From Octopus bimaculoides (lineage: Eukaryota): a DNA stretch of 64,000 nucleotides. The stretch is from contig NC_068989.1 in NCBI RefSeq assembly GCF_001194135.2, positions 851,205 through 915,204 of the forward strand. The letters run 5' to 3'. The notes beneath the pieces were generated by a model. It was given only the letters and a program-made list of their open reading frames with translations. It was not told the origin of the DNA and did no database searches. The position numbers and the translations under genes are program-made. Within the stretch, counting starts at the first letter, position 1. The number at the start of each line of letters is the position of its first letter. Of the stretch, positions 41,455 to 54,959 are shown piece by piece.

Positions 41455-43276
41455 ATGGCAGCGCCCATATGTCCGATGTCGCATCGTGTCCGGTATTTTC
41501 TTGCTTACAAACAATGTTTGCATTTACGATACAGAATTGGAAGAGATTATAGTTGCCGATCCAGATCCTTATACCATAATAAGCCAACAGTCTCACGATA
41601 CTCTAGTTTTCGACCTTTCCATCCTCTTGGCGAATATACAGGAAGTAAACGACTGCTTGTTCTGGGCCTGGAAACCAGCTGTGATGACACAGGGGCCGCC
41701 GTGGTCGACAACCTGGGCCACGTGTGGGGCGAGGCCCTTCACTCACAAACTAGTACTCATATCGAGTAAGTACTCTAGTTGCTGCATACTCTCTCTTTTA
41801 CTCTTTTACTTGTTTCAGTCATTTGACTGCGGCCATGCTGGGGCACCGCCTTTAGTCGAGCAAATCGACCCCAGGACTTATTCTTTGTAAGCCTAGTACT
41901 TATTCTATCGGTCTCTTTTTGCCGAACCGCTAGGTTACGGGGGCGTAAACACACCCGCATCGGCTGTCAAGCGAAGTTGGGGGGCACAAACACAGACACA
42001 CAAGCATATACACATACATATATATACATATCCACTCACAAGGCTTTGGTCAGCCCGAGGCTATAGTAGAAGACACTTGCCCTAGGTGCCACGCAGTGGG
42101 ACTGAACCCAGAGCCATGTGGTTGGTAAGCAAGCTACTTACCACAGTATTATAATATTTATTCTTATTAGTACTAAACAATCCTAAAACCCCCAATTATT
42201 TCGACCGTTACAACCTAAACACACGGTTAATATAGTTCTTGGTATTCAGAGGTCTATCGAGGTTAAATACTTTGTGCGATAGGTCGCGGCTCTTTATCTT
42301 TTTTTCATATGCAATGTTTGGCGATATGAAAGAAAAAACATAGTCTAACCAGCCTATTATTTCTTTTGTTAGCTGTTATTTTTATAATCGAAAGCTCACA
42401 AAAACTATCAAAATAAAATAAATCAACTACGTTTTATGGTTAGTGCTTTTAATATTGATTGCTGATTGTTGACAATTTTATGCTTGTATGCCCTTTACTT
42501 TCAGTCAATACTGTTTGTTCCTTTTAGCCTTCAAATATGTAGAAAGTTTGAAACATCACCGAAGAACAAGTTCTGCGAGAATCTTGTTAAACATTTCTAT
42601 TTTAATAATGTCCTTGACCTTCGCTCCAAGACAAAAAAGCAACGTAACGTTAAACAAAATCGAAGTACAGGAAATGAATTATCAGGTTACGAAAAGGTCT
42701 GGCGCTTCATTCAAAATAATTGACACTTATGCTATTACAACAATCAGTTTAGTTTCAGCCTTTTTGGACGTAGACCTCTTATTTGGGGATGTGTTTGTTT
42801 TTTATTTTCAACGTTTATTTCCCTTCAACTAAATTTTGCTTAAATGTTATCGCCCTGAAGGCTCGGTCCTTCGAGAAAAGTAAACACTGAACTCGGTAGT
42901 TTCCGTGTCCACGTGTTTTGTCAACTGTCACTTGCCTATTGGGCATAACTACAGGGTTTTACCCCGCCTATTGGGCATAATAGTGGTTAAAAAACCCCAC
43001 ATGGACTACAATAACTGTTACGGCGTTCTCGTTTTCTGCTTGAAAATTTACGGATTTTACATACACACCTGAAGCAGGAAAGAACAAATATGCAAGGCTT
43101 TTTCCTTCAATTTTAAAATGCGACATTGTTGACCTAATTTCAACAATGTATTTTAAGGGTGGACCTTCGAGGTATGAGGTGGATAGGAATGTGTGGGGGT
43201 GGGAGTAGGTGATGCCTGATAGTGTGGAGCAGCAAAGGTTGGTTATGGAAATGATTTATTTATGAGATTCACACAC

Positions 43277-43358
<82 letters not shown>

Positions 43359-46300
43359 AGTTGCGCGTGTGGCCGCCATCTTGGGAAGTGCCATTGCGCA
43401 TGTGCAAGGACTTGCCGTCAGCGGAAGTACCCGAGCACGCATGCGCAATGCAAGAGGTGGAGAGAAAGAAATAGCGTTCGATCTCTTATCCATCCAGCAG
43501 CTGTGGCGACAGGACGTTCTTTCAGGCTGTCCCAACTCGACCCCGACATGTGGTCAAAGCTTTCTTTGATATTCTAGAGGCATGCCTGTTCACCTAGGAA
43601 TGAAACGGCTCTACACCAACCTAGAATAAACTATTGATCTGTTGTTACCGTTATCCCTTGTGTTGTTGTATTTCTGGATTTTAATGATTAATATAAGAAC
43701 TGGGGAGAGACGGCCGAGCCGTCATATCTCATCCAATACTTATATATATATATATATACTGTAGGGTTAGAAATACAGTATTTTAAAGCAGGTAAATGAA
43801 ATAGAATTCTTTATTTAGTGTATTTATTTTTTGTTTTTCAGGCTTGGAGGAATAATTCCTCCAATTGCTCAAAAACTTCATCAGCAACATATTGAAGGTG
43901 TTGTGGAGAAGGCTTTTGAAGAAGCAAATGTTACCTTGGAGGTAAGCCCTTAATTTTGTTCTTTGAATAGTAGGGGAAACATATATAAATATATGTTTGT
44001 GTTTGTTCATCACCTCTATCACATGACAGTGTTGGTGTGTCTATGTCCCTGTAACTTAGCAGTCCAGCAAAAGACACTGATAGAATAGGAAACCAGGCTT
44101 AAAACAAAGACCTGGGGTCGATTCATTCAACAAGGTGGTGCTCCAGCATGGCCACAATCTAATAACTGAGACAAGTAAAAGATAAAAATTATACATATAT
44201 ATATAACTTACCACACAGCCACAGGCATGGCTGTGTGGTAAGAAGCTTGCTTCCAAACCACATGGTTCTGAGTTCATTCCCACTGCGTGGCACCTTGGGC
44301 TAGTGTCTTCTACTATAGCCTCGGGCCGACCAAAGCCTTGTGAGTAGATTTGGTAGACGAAAAGTGAAAGAAGCCCGTCGTATATATGTATGTGTGTGTG
44401 TGTATATGTTTGTGTGTCTGTGTTTGTCTCCCCAACATCGCTTGACAACTGATTGTAGGGTATTTCTAAGGTTTCCAGTTGTTTTTTTTTCAGATTGGGT
44501 GGTATTGAACCCAATGCTCTGAAGACAATAGGGATATCTTTTATGTTTGACTCTCATAACTGCCACATCTTAGCGATCTCAATTCTCAGCTCTCCATATT
44601 TATCAACATTTTCTTTCATGATGATATATTGATCTCCTGGCACTGCCACATCGATTATTAGGCACTCTTGTTTGTCCCTCCTAATGGTTACTATATCCGA
44701 CCTTTGGTGCTCTAATACCCTGTCTGTCTGGAAGTCAAAAGTCCCAGTGGATTTTTTGCTTTCCCCCCTTTCATCCATTACCTTTTCTGGTATTATTATT
44801 GTTGTTGTTGTTATTCAAATTAGTGTATTTATTCGTCATCAGGATGAATTCCACCTTACACTTTCACCTCTTACTTCCCCTCTCTACTATCGTCTGCCCA
44901 TCTCCCAACGTCTACTTTGGAACATGTCACATAACTTCTGAATAAATGCTTTCAACTCAAATAAACTTTTCAATGTCTTCTGAGTCCACAAAGAAATTTT
45001 TAAAAAGCCTGGATTTTTATGTTAATCTGATTTTTTTTCTAACAGATTACAATATTTCAATCTTTGCAGGATGTGGATGCTATTGCTGTTACAGTTAAAC
45101 CCGGACTCTCCCTGTCACTGGCTGTTGGGTTGCAGTATGCTAAAGAATTGGCAAAAGAATATCGGTATGATGGCATGCTAAATTATTATTATGTCAGGGG
45201 CAGAACTGGTTGAGTAACAGAAAAAAAAAGAAATCGCAAACTATATAATGTAGTATTTAGGTTAGTCACAGTTCTCCTTTAACAATAGTTGGGTCTGTCA
45301 GGTAAAACACAAAAGCTTTGTGTGACAGAAGATGGTCTCATCAGTCTGTACAAGAAGACTAATCAATCACAACCACCAATGCCCCATGATTGGAAAAAAA
45401 ATCTGCATAAGTTTCAAAAACTCACCCAAAGTTGTTACCATGACAATTGCCTTTAGCTGTCGTGAACTTGGGAAATTTTAAATCCTAATTGTTTCCTATT
45501 TTAAAATAGAGTTTGAAATCTAAATCATAATTTGTTCTTTATCATCATCATCATCATCATCGTCGTTTAACGTCCGCTTTCCATGCTAGCATGGGTTGGA
45601 CGATTTGACTGAGGACTGGTGAAACCGGATGGCAACACCAGGCTCCAATCTAATTTGGCAGAGTTTCTACAGCTGGATGCCCTTCCTAACGCCAACCACT
45701 CAGAGAGTGTAGTGGGTGCTTTTACGTGTCACCCGCACGAAAACGGCCACGCTCGAAATGGTGTCTTTTATGTGCCNNNNNNNNNNNNNNNNNNNNNNNN
45801 NNNNNNNNNNNNNNNNNNNNNNNNNNNNNNNNNNNNNNNNNNNNNNNNNNNNNNNNNNNNNNNNNNNNNNNNNNNNNNNNNNNNNNNNNNNNNNNNNNNN
45901 NNNNNNNNNNNNNNNNNNNNNNNNNNNNNNNNNNNNNNNNNNNNNNNNNNNNNNNNNNNNNNNNNNNNNNNNNNNNNNNNNNNNNNNNNNNNNNNNNNNN
46001 NNNNNNNNNNNNNNNNNNNNNNNNNNNNNNNNNNNNNNNNNNNNNNNNNNNNNNNNNNNNNNNNNNNNNNNNNNNNNNNNNNNNNNNNNNNNNNNNNNNN
46101 NNNNNNNNNNNNNNNNTATCCTCATCCATTCTCACCACATGTCCATACCAGCGCAATCGTCTCTCTTGCACACCACAACTGATGCTTCTAATGTTCAGCT
46201 TTTCTCTCAAGATACTTACACTCTGACGGGTATTCACATTGACATTACACATCCAACGGAGCATACTGGCTTCATTCCTTGCGAGCTTACGTATGTCCTC

Positions 46301-47416
46301 AGCAGTTACAGCCCATGTTTCACTGCCATGTAGCATGGCTGTTCGTACGCATGCGTCATACAGTCTGCCTTTTACTCTGAGTGAGAGTCCCTTTGTCGCC
46401 AGCAGGGGTAAGAGCTCTCTAAACTTTGCCCAGGCTATTCTTATTCTATAGTCCTATTAATTTGTTCTATCACATCTAGTGTCTACTTTACTGGCATTCC
46501 GTTAATTACAATGACAAGTGTTCCATTTGATTTGATCAATGGAACAATCTGCTCATGAAGTTAACTTTGTCCTCAGGGAGATTCAACAAGAATGGGAAAA
46601 GACTGGCCCTTTGAATTACAGAAACAACACATTTTTAACAGCTGAATGAACTGAAGTAATGAGAAATAAAGTGTCTTGCTCAAGGATTCAATGTTTCACC
46701 GGAAATCAAACTCATGACCTTACAACCCTGGGTCGGATATCTAAACCATAAATCCATGCACCTTCACAATGACTATTCAATGTAGAATACAACAGTTTTA
46801 TTATTTATGGGATTTACAAATTAAAATATAACCACCTTCAGATGTGTGTTTAATCGTTTTCTTCTCCCCATTTTCTCACTTTTGTTATTGATTTTCCTTC
46901 AGTAAACCCATTATACCAATTCACCATATGGAAGCACATGCCCTCACTGTCCGCATGAAGCAGCCGTAAGTGTTATATTTCGTGGTAAACAGTTTTGCAT
47001 GTCTGGTTTATTTAAATGGATGATATTTCAGTCTTAAAGTTTTGCTTCAATTTTATACGAGTGTGGGTGTGTATTATGGACTCTCCCGTTTGACAATGGA
47101 GGAGGGTTCTGAGCAGCCAGACGAGTGATTTGGCTCTAATGATCAAATGTTTATGCTGTACATTCGCTCACTCCTTCCATCAAATCAATGGTTACCTGTA
47201 CAGGTGAATGAAAGTGTCACATGTCAGATGTTGAAATGATGTGCTTTTGATCAAGAACACAACTTGCCACCTGGTCCGGCAATCAAACCTATGATCTAGT
47301 TGTCATGAGTGCAACACTGCCCTAACCACTTGACCATATATATACACACACACGCACTTACAATCATTTATATAAATTTGTGTATACATACACAAATATA
47401 TATATGATTGTAAGTG

Positions 47417-47460
<44 letters not shown>

Positions 47461-50400
47461 NNNNNNNNNNCCCATGCCTGCCCCTCAATGAGCTTCAGTG
47501 TTTGTCTTTCACATGATTTCTACAGCCACAGTGTGTGTGCTGGGTGCTTTTCATGTGGCACTGGCCCCAGTGAGGTTACTGAACAACTTGCAAGGAACAG
47601 GAAAAAGAAAAAGCCTCTTCAATTGAATGGGGGTTGAGTAGCATTTGAAAGAGGAGAGGGGCGATGATTTTATACTCTGAGTTGAGAAGCTGGAGTGTGA
47701 TGGAAGAACGAACCCAGATGTATTGCTATAGAGCTTCAAGACTACCCCATATTATATAAGGGTGGATGGGAGGAGCTGGAAAGAAGGCAGAAGTTGTGGT
47801 GAGATGTTGGAACATCTTAAGATAGAAGTAAGAGTAAGAGAGGATGCAGAGAAGTGGTAGGTGTGTGGTTGAGATACGCACATGGGGGGGGGGGTAAGTA
47901 GAATGGTGCCTCTGCCCTCAAAGGTAAGAGATGGATGGCTGTGCTGATGAGTTGGTGGCTGTTTTGTTAATATGTATGGTGTAACAATCCAAAACACAGA
48001 AGCTGTACTTTTGAGCTAGATGGAGGAATAATTGTGCTTAAAGATTCTTTATGATTCTTAAGTTTATGTAAAAAAAATGCTAAACTTAATATTTTTGATT
48101 TTTTTTCTTAATGGCAACTCAAAGAGTTTCATAAATAATAGAATGAAGAGCAAGGTTAATCCATCTGTTTCTTAGTAATAATCTCCAGGAACATTTTTAT
48201 CTTAATAATCCAAGTTAAAAAAAAACATGATTAATTTATGAGTACAATCACTGCTTGCTGCAATGAACTATACTTTATCACAGAAATACAAATATTGACC
48301 CCTGCAGAATTAGAAAAGTCCAATGTCAGTAACTGGGGGAACTCACTGCAACCCCTTCGTTGGTAGAACATTGTTCTCATGACTCCAGACTCAAGTGACT
48401 TTGGCTTATTATATTCATAAAATGTTGGCCATAGTTTTCTTTTTTTTTCTTTTCTTTTCCTTTATTTTTCAAATTTCTTGTTATATTTTCTTAAAATTTA
48501 TACAATTTTTCATTACCTTCATATGTCCAGGGTGAATTTCCCTTTCCTGGTGCTTTTAGCCAGTGGAGGCCACTGCCTGCTTGCTGTTTCTAAGTCTGTG
48601 AATGAGTTTGCTTTGTTAGGCACCACCATGGACAATGCTCCCGGTGACGTTTTTGACAAAGTAAGGAACAGTTCATTATGCCTTTCTAACAAAAGAATGA
48701 TATTTGTTTTTCTCTTATTTCATCACCTTCATCATCATCATCATCATCATCTTAATATCTATGTTTTCGTGTTGGTATAGAAAAGAGAGATCTGTAATCC
48801 AATATATTGATCATGTGTCATTTCATTAATGACACTCACCATTCTCACACACGTGACATTGTTCTTCCTTAATCAATCTCCAATTAAAGACATTTCCATT
48901 CCTCACCATACATCCTTCATTTGCATCAGTTGGTCATTGTGATGCCAACACCTTTTTTTCTTCTGTAGATCAGCTGATGTCTTGCTCGTTTTCAGCCGAT
49001 CCTCTCCATATTTATTCAACTCATTCTCATCAACTTCTTCATATTCTCTGCTTATATTTCAAGATACTCGCATGGAACGTAACCAAATGACGTTTATTTC
49101 TCAACATAGTTCCTCTTCCAGTTCATACACTTCTTCCATTGGTGTTGCAATGTTTGGACCCTAAACATTTTATTGGTCAAACAAATCATCAACAGTCAAT
49201 ATGACATCATCATCATTGCGATACTGCTTCCTAGTCGAGTGTTTTTTCATGCTGGGCAACAGATGATAGTTAGATGAGGCTAAATTAGGAGAATAGGGAG
49301 GAGGGGGTGTTTCCACTGAATGAATTTTCTCTTTTGTCTCAAAGCGATGAACCCAATACTCATCCTGGGTTAGGAAACATTCAAAGAAACCATCTGAATC
49401 TGCCTCAGACAATGTCAGATTTTTCCATGATATGATCAGCCTGGTGCACTTTTGATCGGGTGTCACATGTGGAACCTTCGTCTTGTCAAGTTTGTTGTGG
49501 AGAGTATTCTTGACTTTCTCATGGGACATGCTAATAGCTTTGGCCATTTGATTTATAGTCAATCACCTGTCATCTATCACCAAGTGGTAAACACAATAAA
49601 TGTTTCCCTCAGTGGTGCACAATGTCCAGACCTTGGGTCATCTTCAAGACTCCATTCCCTTCCCCCTCCTAAATTCAGCTGCTCACTTTTGCACTGTTGA
49701 TAAAGCTGGTGTGTCCATCTCCTAATGTAGCCACCATATCAGCATTAATATTGATGGGGTTTAAGCCGTTTAACCTGCAAATACCTGATAACACCACGAT
49801 GCCAAATTTTGTCTGTTTTCAAGAGAGGTTGCTACTAGTTACTTTTGAAGTCTTCTTTGAACAATCAGATGTCGGTTTACCTGAAAAGAAACAAAGTAGT
49901 TATTAAAAAGAGAAGCCTTAATTTCAGGCATGCAAGATTTCACAGCTCCAGCATCACTCCTTCATAGTTAGGCTGTGAACTTTTCAGGCCACTCTCGTAT
50001 CATCATGAGACCCAATAACTCAGATTTGATTTCATCATTTCTCACTTCACGTTTGGCCATTCTCTGCTGCTGTTTCATTTGCCTGTTATTATCCATTTGT
50101 CCCCTTGTAGAGTCACCTTTCTGGCACACATTACTACTGCTTTAAGGCTATGTTTTCCAATTAGTCCATCTTAGCATAAGAAAAGAAAATGGATCTAAAA
50201 TAATGGGAAGCAAATTAACAATGTAAATCTTGTTTTTATTTTCAGGTTGCTCGTTCATTAAAACTGAAAAACCTTCCTCAGTGCTACGGTTTGAGTGGAG
50301 GTGCATCAGTTGAACTTTTAGCTAAGAATGGACAGCCCCATGCTTTTGAATTTCCTCAGGTCATGTTGCAGTCGCCTGACTGCAACTTTTCATTTAGTGG

Positions 50401-53400
50401 ATTTAATTCAATGGCCCATCGATATATCAGTTTGGCTGAGAAAGATCAAAGTAAGCTCTCTCTCTCTCTCTCTCATAATTTTTGTCACCTGTATCATCTC
50501 ATTCTAGCTATTTCACCTTTTACACACTTCTTTCATGGTCGATCTCTTCACTGCTGCTTCTCCGGAATTTGGTGCAGCTTAATGAGTAAATTCTTATCAG
50601 CATCATTATCTGCTGCTTGGGGAAAGATCTTTATTTGATGCAACTGTTATGAAAGGATTGTTCAATATTGAGATCCTGACAGAACTGCCAATGAAGTTGT
50701 GCCTTGGAGAAGGGCTTTTATGGAGTCGCAGTCTTTAGAATGAAACCACTGAGGATATTGTTTAATGTAAGGATTCAAGCTTTCAAAGCACTTCCCTCCA
50801 ATGCTATTTAGGTAACCTAGGTAACAGAAGCCATCAAAGAGCTGTGGGAATATTCAAGAAAATTGGAACCATGAATGTTCTTACTGCTGACCATTCTTGG
50901 ATGCAGTGGCTTGCTCTTTGCTGGAAACTTCTGTCATTGTCTCTTCTGCAGAAAGAGGGAATTGTTGGCATCCTATTCTGGAATAATCCAAACTGCATCT
51001 CATCTGAGCTAATTTTCTTCCTAATTAGTTACCTTCATAACTTGATCCATCAGTTTGATGCCTCTGTTGCTGTCACTGGTGAGCTTCAGGTTTTGGCGGA
51101 AAGCCTAATCCTGTTACTGTTTCCTCCTCCTCCTTCTTCTTCTTCTATTATCAGATATCAAAGGGGATGCTATTATAGCCAACGCAGCCGATCTCTGTGC
51201 CTCATTCCAGTTGGGTGTCTTGAAACACTTGGCAAAAAGAGTCCAGCGAGCTCTGCTGTTTTCGGAAATTACTGGACTTCTAGGAAAAGAAAAAACATTG
51301 GTAAGAAATTCCATACGGTCTTATTTTGATGAAGAATATTGAGATCTGGGTATCTTTAAGACACCAGAACTTCCAACATTATCAATAAGTTCTGCCTTGT
51401 ATCCATGGTTATGACATTCAATGCTTTATCTCTGAATAGATTCCATGTTAACGTTTCATGACAATGGCCAGTGGAAGTACAATTAATGAGTTCATCGTTA
51501 GTCTGCTGTGTTGTGTTCAAAATCCCCAAATAGATTTAGATGAGAGTGACTTGGATTAGTTTAAGCGGAAAAGGTCAGGAATATTTCCAGTAATACTAGA
51601 AGAAACAGTGAAAAGATTCACTTGCACTGAAGGGCAAGTTGTCCCCTAGTGTGCTATGTAAAGGAGGATTTCTCTATGTCTAGAATGCTTAGAATGTTTA
51701 GTGTGTGTGTGTGAGCTGTGCTGTTTTGGATATGAGCAGTATAGTACGGACCCACTTGGGTCTCTAGAATGTCCAAGTTGAATCACTTTTTAAACACTAA
51801 TTTTAGAGATGCATGCTTTGCAATGTTTTGTCATCATAAAATGCCATCAGGTTAAGGAACCTTGGCATTGATTGTGGATTTGGTGAGTTTAACTGGGTTT
51901 TATTCCTGAAATGATCTTCTATGCTTTCCTCTGTATTCAATGGTTCATGATACTGCTTCTATGGAACCAAGCATATTAGCAATACAAGGTGATATCAAAA
52001 AGCTCCCAGACTAATTATGTTTAATAAAGAATAACTTATTTGCTTAAGTTCTTTGAAACGGTCACTTTGCACAGCAATACACTGGTCCCAGCATCCCTGC
52101 CACATTTGGAATCCGGCCTGGAAGTCATTTTCAGCAAGTAAGGACCTTCTGGGATTCACTCTTGATCTTTGACAACAGCAATGTTAAAACAGTGACCTTT
52201 GAACTGCATTTTCATCTTGGAAGTCTGCAGGTGCTAAATCTGGTGACTAGGGTGGGTGTGGAAGTGATGCCATGTTTTTGGTGAGAAACTCGCATGCTTG
52301 GAGAACTCAGTGACAGGGTGAATTGTCATTGCAAAGAATCCAGGTGTTGGGATTGCCTGCTTGGATCCATATGACAGACCAACAACATCAGCAATGTTAT
52401 TGATTGTTCTCTGACGATCCTCTTGCACAAACTGATGTATTTTCTCCACATTTCCAGGGGTGACACTTGTGGCAGGTCTTCCAGATCGCTCGTCATCTTC
52501 CAAGGACATTCTTCCCCTTTTTAAGAACCCATGTCACTCAAACCATTGTATACAACCAATTGTCTCTTCGCCATAAACTTGCCAAAGCATACTCATGGTT
52601 TCTGTGGCAGACCACCCCAAGTCTAACGCAAAATTTCACATTGGCTCCTTGTTCCAACTTCTTGTCCATGACAAAATCCACAGACTACAGCATACACGTG
52701 ATCACAGAAACACAAATTTCACAACATGTTGAGTAAACACAGTGATGTCACTCGGCACTTCACTGCCTCAAGAAAATCACTGCTAGCAACCATGTGCTGC
52801 CATCTGTTGGTGTGCTACAGAACTTGTCCAGGAACTTTTTGATACCACTGTGTATGATGTTAGTGTAATTTTAGTGCTAGTGATAAATATAACTAAAACA
52901 GACATTTCATTTCACTGTTGTACAATTTCTGCCATTAGTAACTTTTGTATAAAACTACATGTGTTTGTTATGACTAATTCATTGTTGTTACTTAAACTGA
53001 GGAATATTTCTATAAAATGACAACTATGGAGGCTTATGTGTCTCTTCTACAGAGAAGTTCAGTTAACAGCTCATTGATTAGTTAATCTGTTGATTGGTAT
53101 TTTATTAACTCAATCAGCTGCAACCAGATTCAAGAAGGTCTCTGTCTTATATTTTTGTTTCCAGTTTAAGTGTTTGTTATTGCAGTTTTTTGTTGTTGTT
53201 TTTTAATCATTTACCAAGATGATGATGATAGTGATGATGGTGGTGGTGGTGGTGGTGGTGATATGTTGAATTTTGAATGTTTTGTGTTTACCTTTCCATT
53301 AGGTTGTGTCCGGAGGAGTGGCTTGTAATCAATTCTTAATCAACAATTTACGAAAAGTCTGTGAAGAATATAATTGTTCTCTTTACTGTCCTCCTCCAAA

Positions 53401-54352
53401 GCTTTGCACAGATAATGGTATTATGGTTGCTTGGTAAGTTATTCCACTCTATTATGACAGTTAATGCCAAATTGTATTGTTGCCACAAGAAACATTTCCT
53501 CCTGCTTCATGCTACTAACTCAACAGCTTATACACCGATTTGAAGTTTGTGCCAACGCCATTATCAATGGATCATTCCATCAGAACCAAATTTCTTTTTT
53601 TTAGGAATGGTGTTGAAAAGTTGGCCCGGGGAATTGGTATTGCTAAAGATCTTGAGCAGATTGAAATTGAAGCAAAGTAAGATCACATTTTCTCATTTTA
53701 AAGTTCTTTGTTTTCTGTGTTTTGTCCCTTTTAATTCACACTATCGATATTCCTCAAGTAATTATAAAATAGGAAATTTCTGATCACAATTCACATTGTT
53801 TAATATCTTTGGATGTATCAGTGACGGAACACACATCCTAATCCCTTGAAGCAAGGACCTTCTTTGGCCCCCAGTATCTGGTGCAGTACCTATTGCGACT
53901 GACAAAACCATTCTAGCTTCTCCATCTTCTCACAGAATTAAAATCACTGCTTGGATGACATATTGCTTTCACTGGAAGATTTCAAATCTGTTGTATGTTC
54001 CATTGTGGAAGGCTAGGAAGTTTTAACTCTGTTTTCTTGGAAAAATTAAATAAAACAGATTTACTGGAAAAGATTACTCACTGATGGACATTTCTCACTG
54101 CAAATGGCCACTCAGTCTGCTACTTGTTACACAAGTTAGGAAATAAGACAGACAGATTTATCCTTTTCCTTATCTGCACCCTTCGTTTAAGAAATATAAC
54201 AAATTGATTTTAAGTAATTATTACTACACATAGTTTTATAATCACTTTTGTTTTTCTCTCAACTTTCTTTCAGGTCTCCTTTAGGTGAAAATCTGAGTGA
54301 AGAAGTTTCAAAAGTTAAATTGAAACTAGAAAGATTAAAATTTGATGTTTGA
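41455..54352 (+). CDS. OSGEPL1: tRNA N6-adenosine threonylcarbamoyltransferase, mitochondrial (Kae1/TsaD/Qri7 family); 10 exons, 1332 nt, 443 aa
   Basis: Exons: 41455-41765, 43842-43941, 45070-45164, 46903-46965, 48531-48660, 50246-50450, 51155-51300, 53303-53433, 53605-53676, 54274-54352. All introns GT-AG with consistent phases. Motifs: VLGLETSCDDTGAAVV, GGIIPPIAQKLH, AVTVKPGL, PIHHMEAHAL, FPFLVLLASGGHC, DNAPGDVFDKVAR, FSFSG, VVSGGVACN, LCTDNGIMVAWNG. The Arg-rich N-terminal extension points to the mitochondrial paralog rather than cytosolic OSGEP. Confidence 0.96.
41797..42146 (-). mobile_element. tRNA-derived SINE, family C, near full length, in OSGEPL1 intron 1
   Basis: Head CTGTGGTAAGTAGCTTGCTTACCAACCACATGG..GGTTCAGTCCCACTGCGTGGCACC, internal (TA/TG)n, tail CAGCATGGCCGCAGTCAAATGACTGAAACAAGTAAAAGA. 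Other copies at about 22090-22290, 44020-44450, 59020-59220, 13085-13170, 30868-31020 and 11455-11645. Confidence 0.85.
43281..43353. repeat. (TA)n microsatellite
   Basis: Perfect TA run. Many other simple repeats are present, e.g. (ATT)n at ~3936-3976, (CA)n at ~13659-13710 and AT-only low complexity at ~58286-58500. Confidence 0.95.
44500..44790 (-). mobile_element. RLE domain remnant of an R2-group non-LTR retrotransposon
   Basis: FDFQTDRVLEHQRSDIVTIRRDKQECLIIDVAVPGDQ...DKYGELRIEIAKMWQL. Confidence 0.75.
45553..46445 (-). mobile_element. RTE-clade LINE 3' fragment (ORF C-terminus plus 3' tail ending in (GAT)n), interrupted by an N gap
   Basis: Translation LHGSETWAVTAEDIRKLARNEASMLRWMCNV...RLRWYGHVVRM. 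The tail is shared with many solo copies. Confidence 0.85.
49165..49999 (-). mobile_element. Mariner transposase remnant with one recognisable TIR
   Basis: FLTQDEYWVH...PPYSPNLASSNYHLLPSMKK (a decayed YSPDLAPSDYHLF motif). TIR-like AGGCTGTGAACTTTTCAGGCCACTCTCG at 49970-49997 is followed by TA. Confidence 0.8.
51985..52852 (-). mobile_element. Internally deleted mariner element with both TIRs and TA target duplication
   Basis: TA-CAAGGTGATATCAAAAAGCTCCCAGAC ... GTCCAGGAACTTTTTGATACCACTGTG-TA; transposase HTH remnant SLEDDERSGRPATSVT..NVEKIHQFVQEDRQRTI..IADVVGLSYGS. Confidence 0.85.
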
Positions 54353-54959
54353 AATGTGTGTTTGCTCTTCGAGAGAGAGATTTTCCATACCTCCCCTGCC
54401 CTCAGTTCTTCTTGATTAGCTTCAAGACCCTGCTTTTGTTAAATGGAAACTTGCTATCAAGTGTGAAGTTGAAGGACTGCAATATTCCAAGTTTGTCAGC
54501 AGAAACATTATCTTGAACTATCAAACGAACAATAATGTTCATATGACTCGTTTTTTTTTTTGTGGGGGGGGGGGGGTGAAGCTATGACTTTGCTCTGTAT
54601 ATTTTTACAACTTTTTTTTTTAATAATTTATTAAAAGGTATTTTGTATTTATTGATGTGTATTTTGTTTTTAGAGATGAAAAGCAACAACTGTGTGATGT
54701 GTTTATTTACTGAAGGTAACGTGTCTGGAAAGATGAGAAGAAGAGAAAGTGAGGAGTAGAGTGAGAGTGAGTGGTGACTGGCAGTGCAGAAGGAATGATG
54801 GTATATCAACTCCTATGTTCCATGGTTACACCGACAGAAAAGACAGGAAGTAGATGGAAGTGTGAGTGAATGATGGGGAGAGAACCAAAGACAGGAAGTA
54901 GATATGCACTTGGCAAGTGTTCGTGTGTATAAATATACATGTCCAAGCACCGACTCTCT

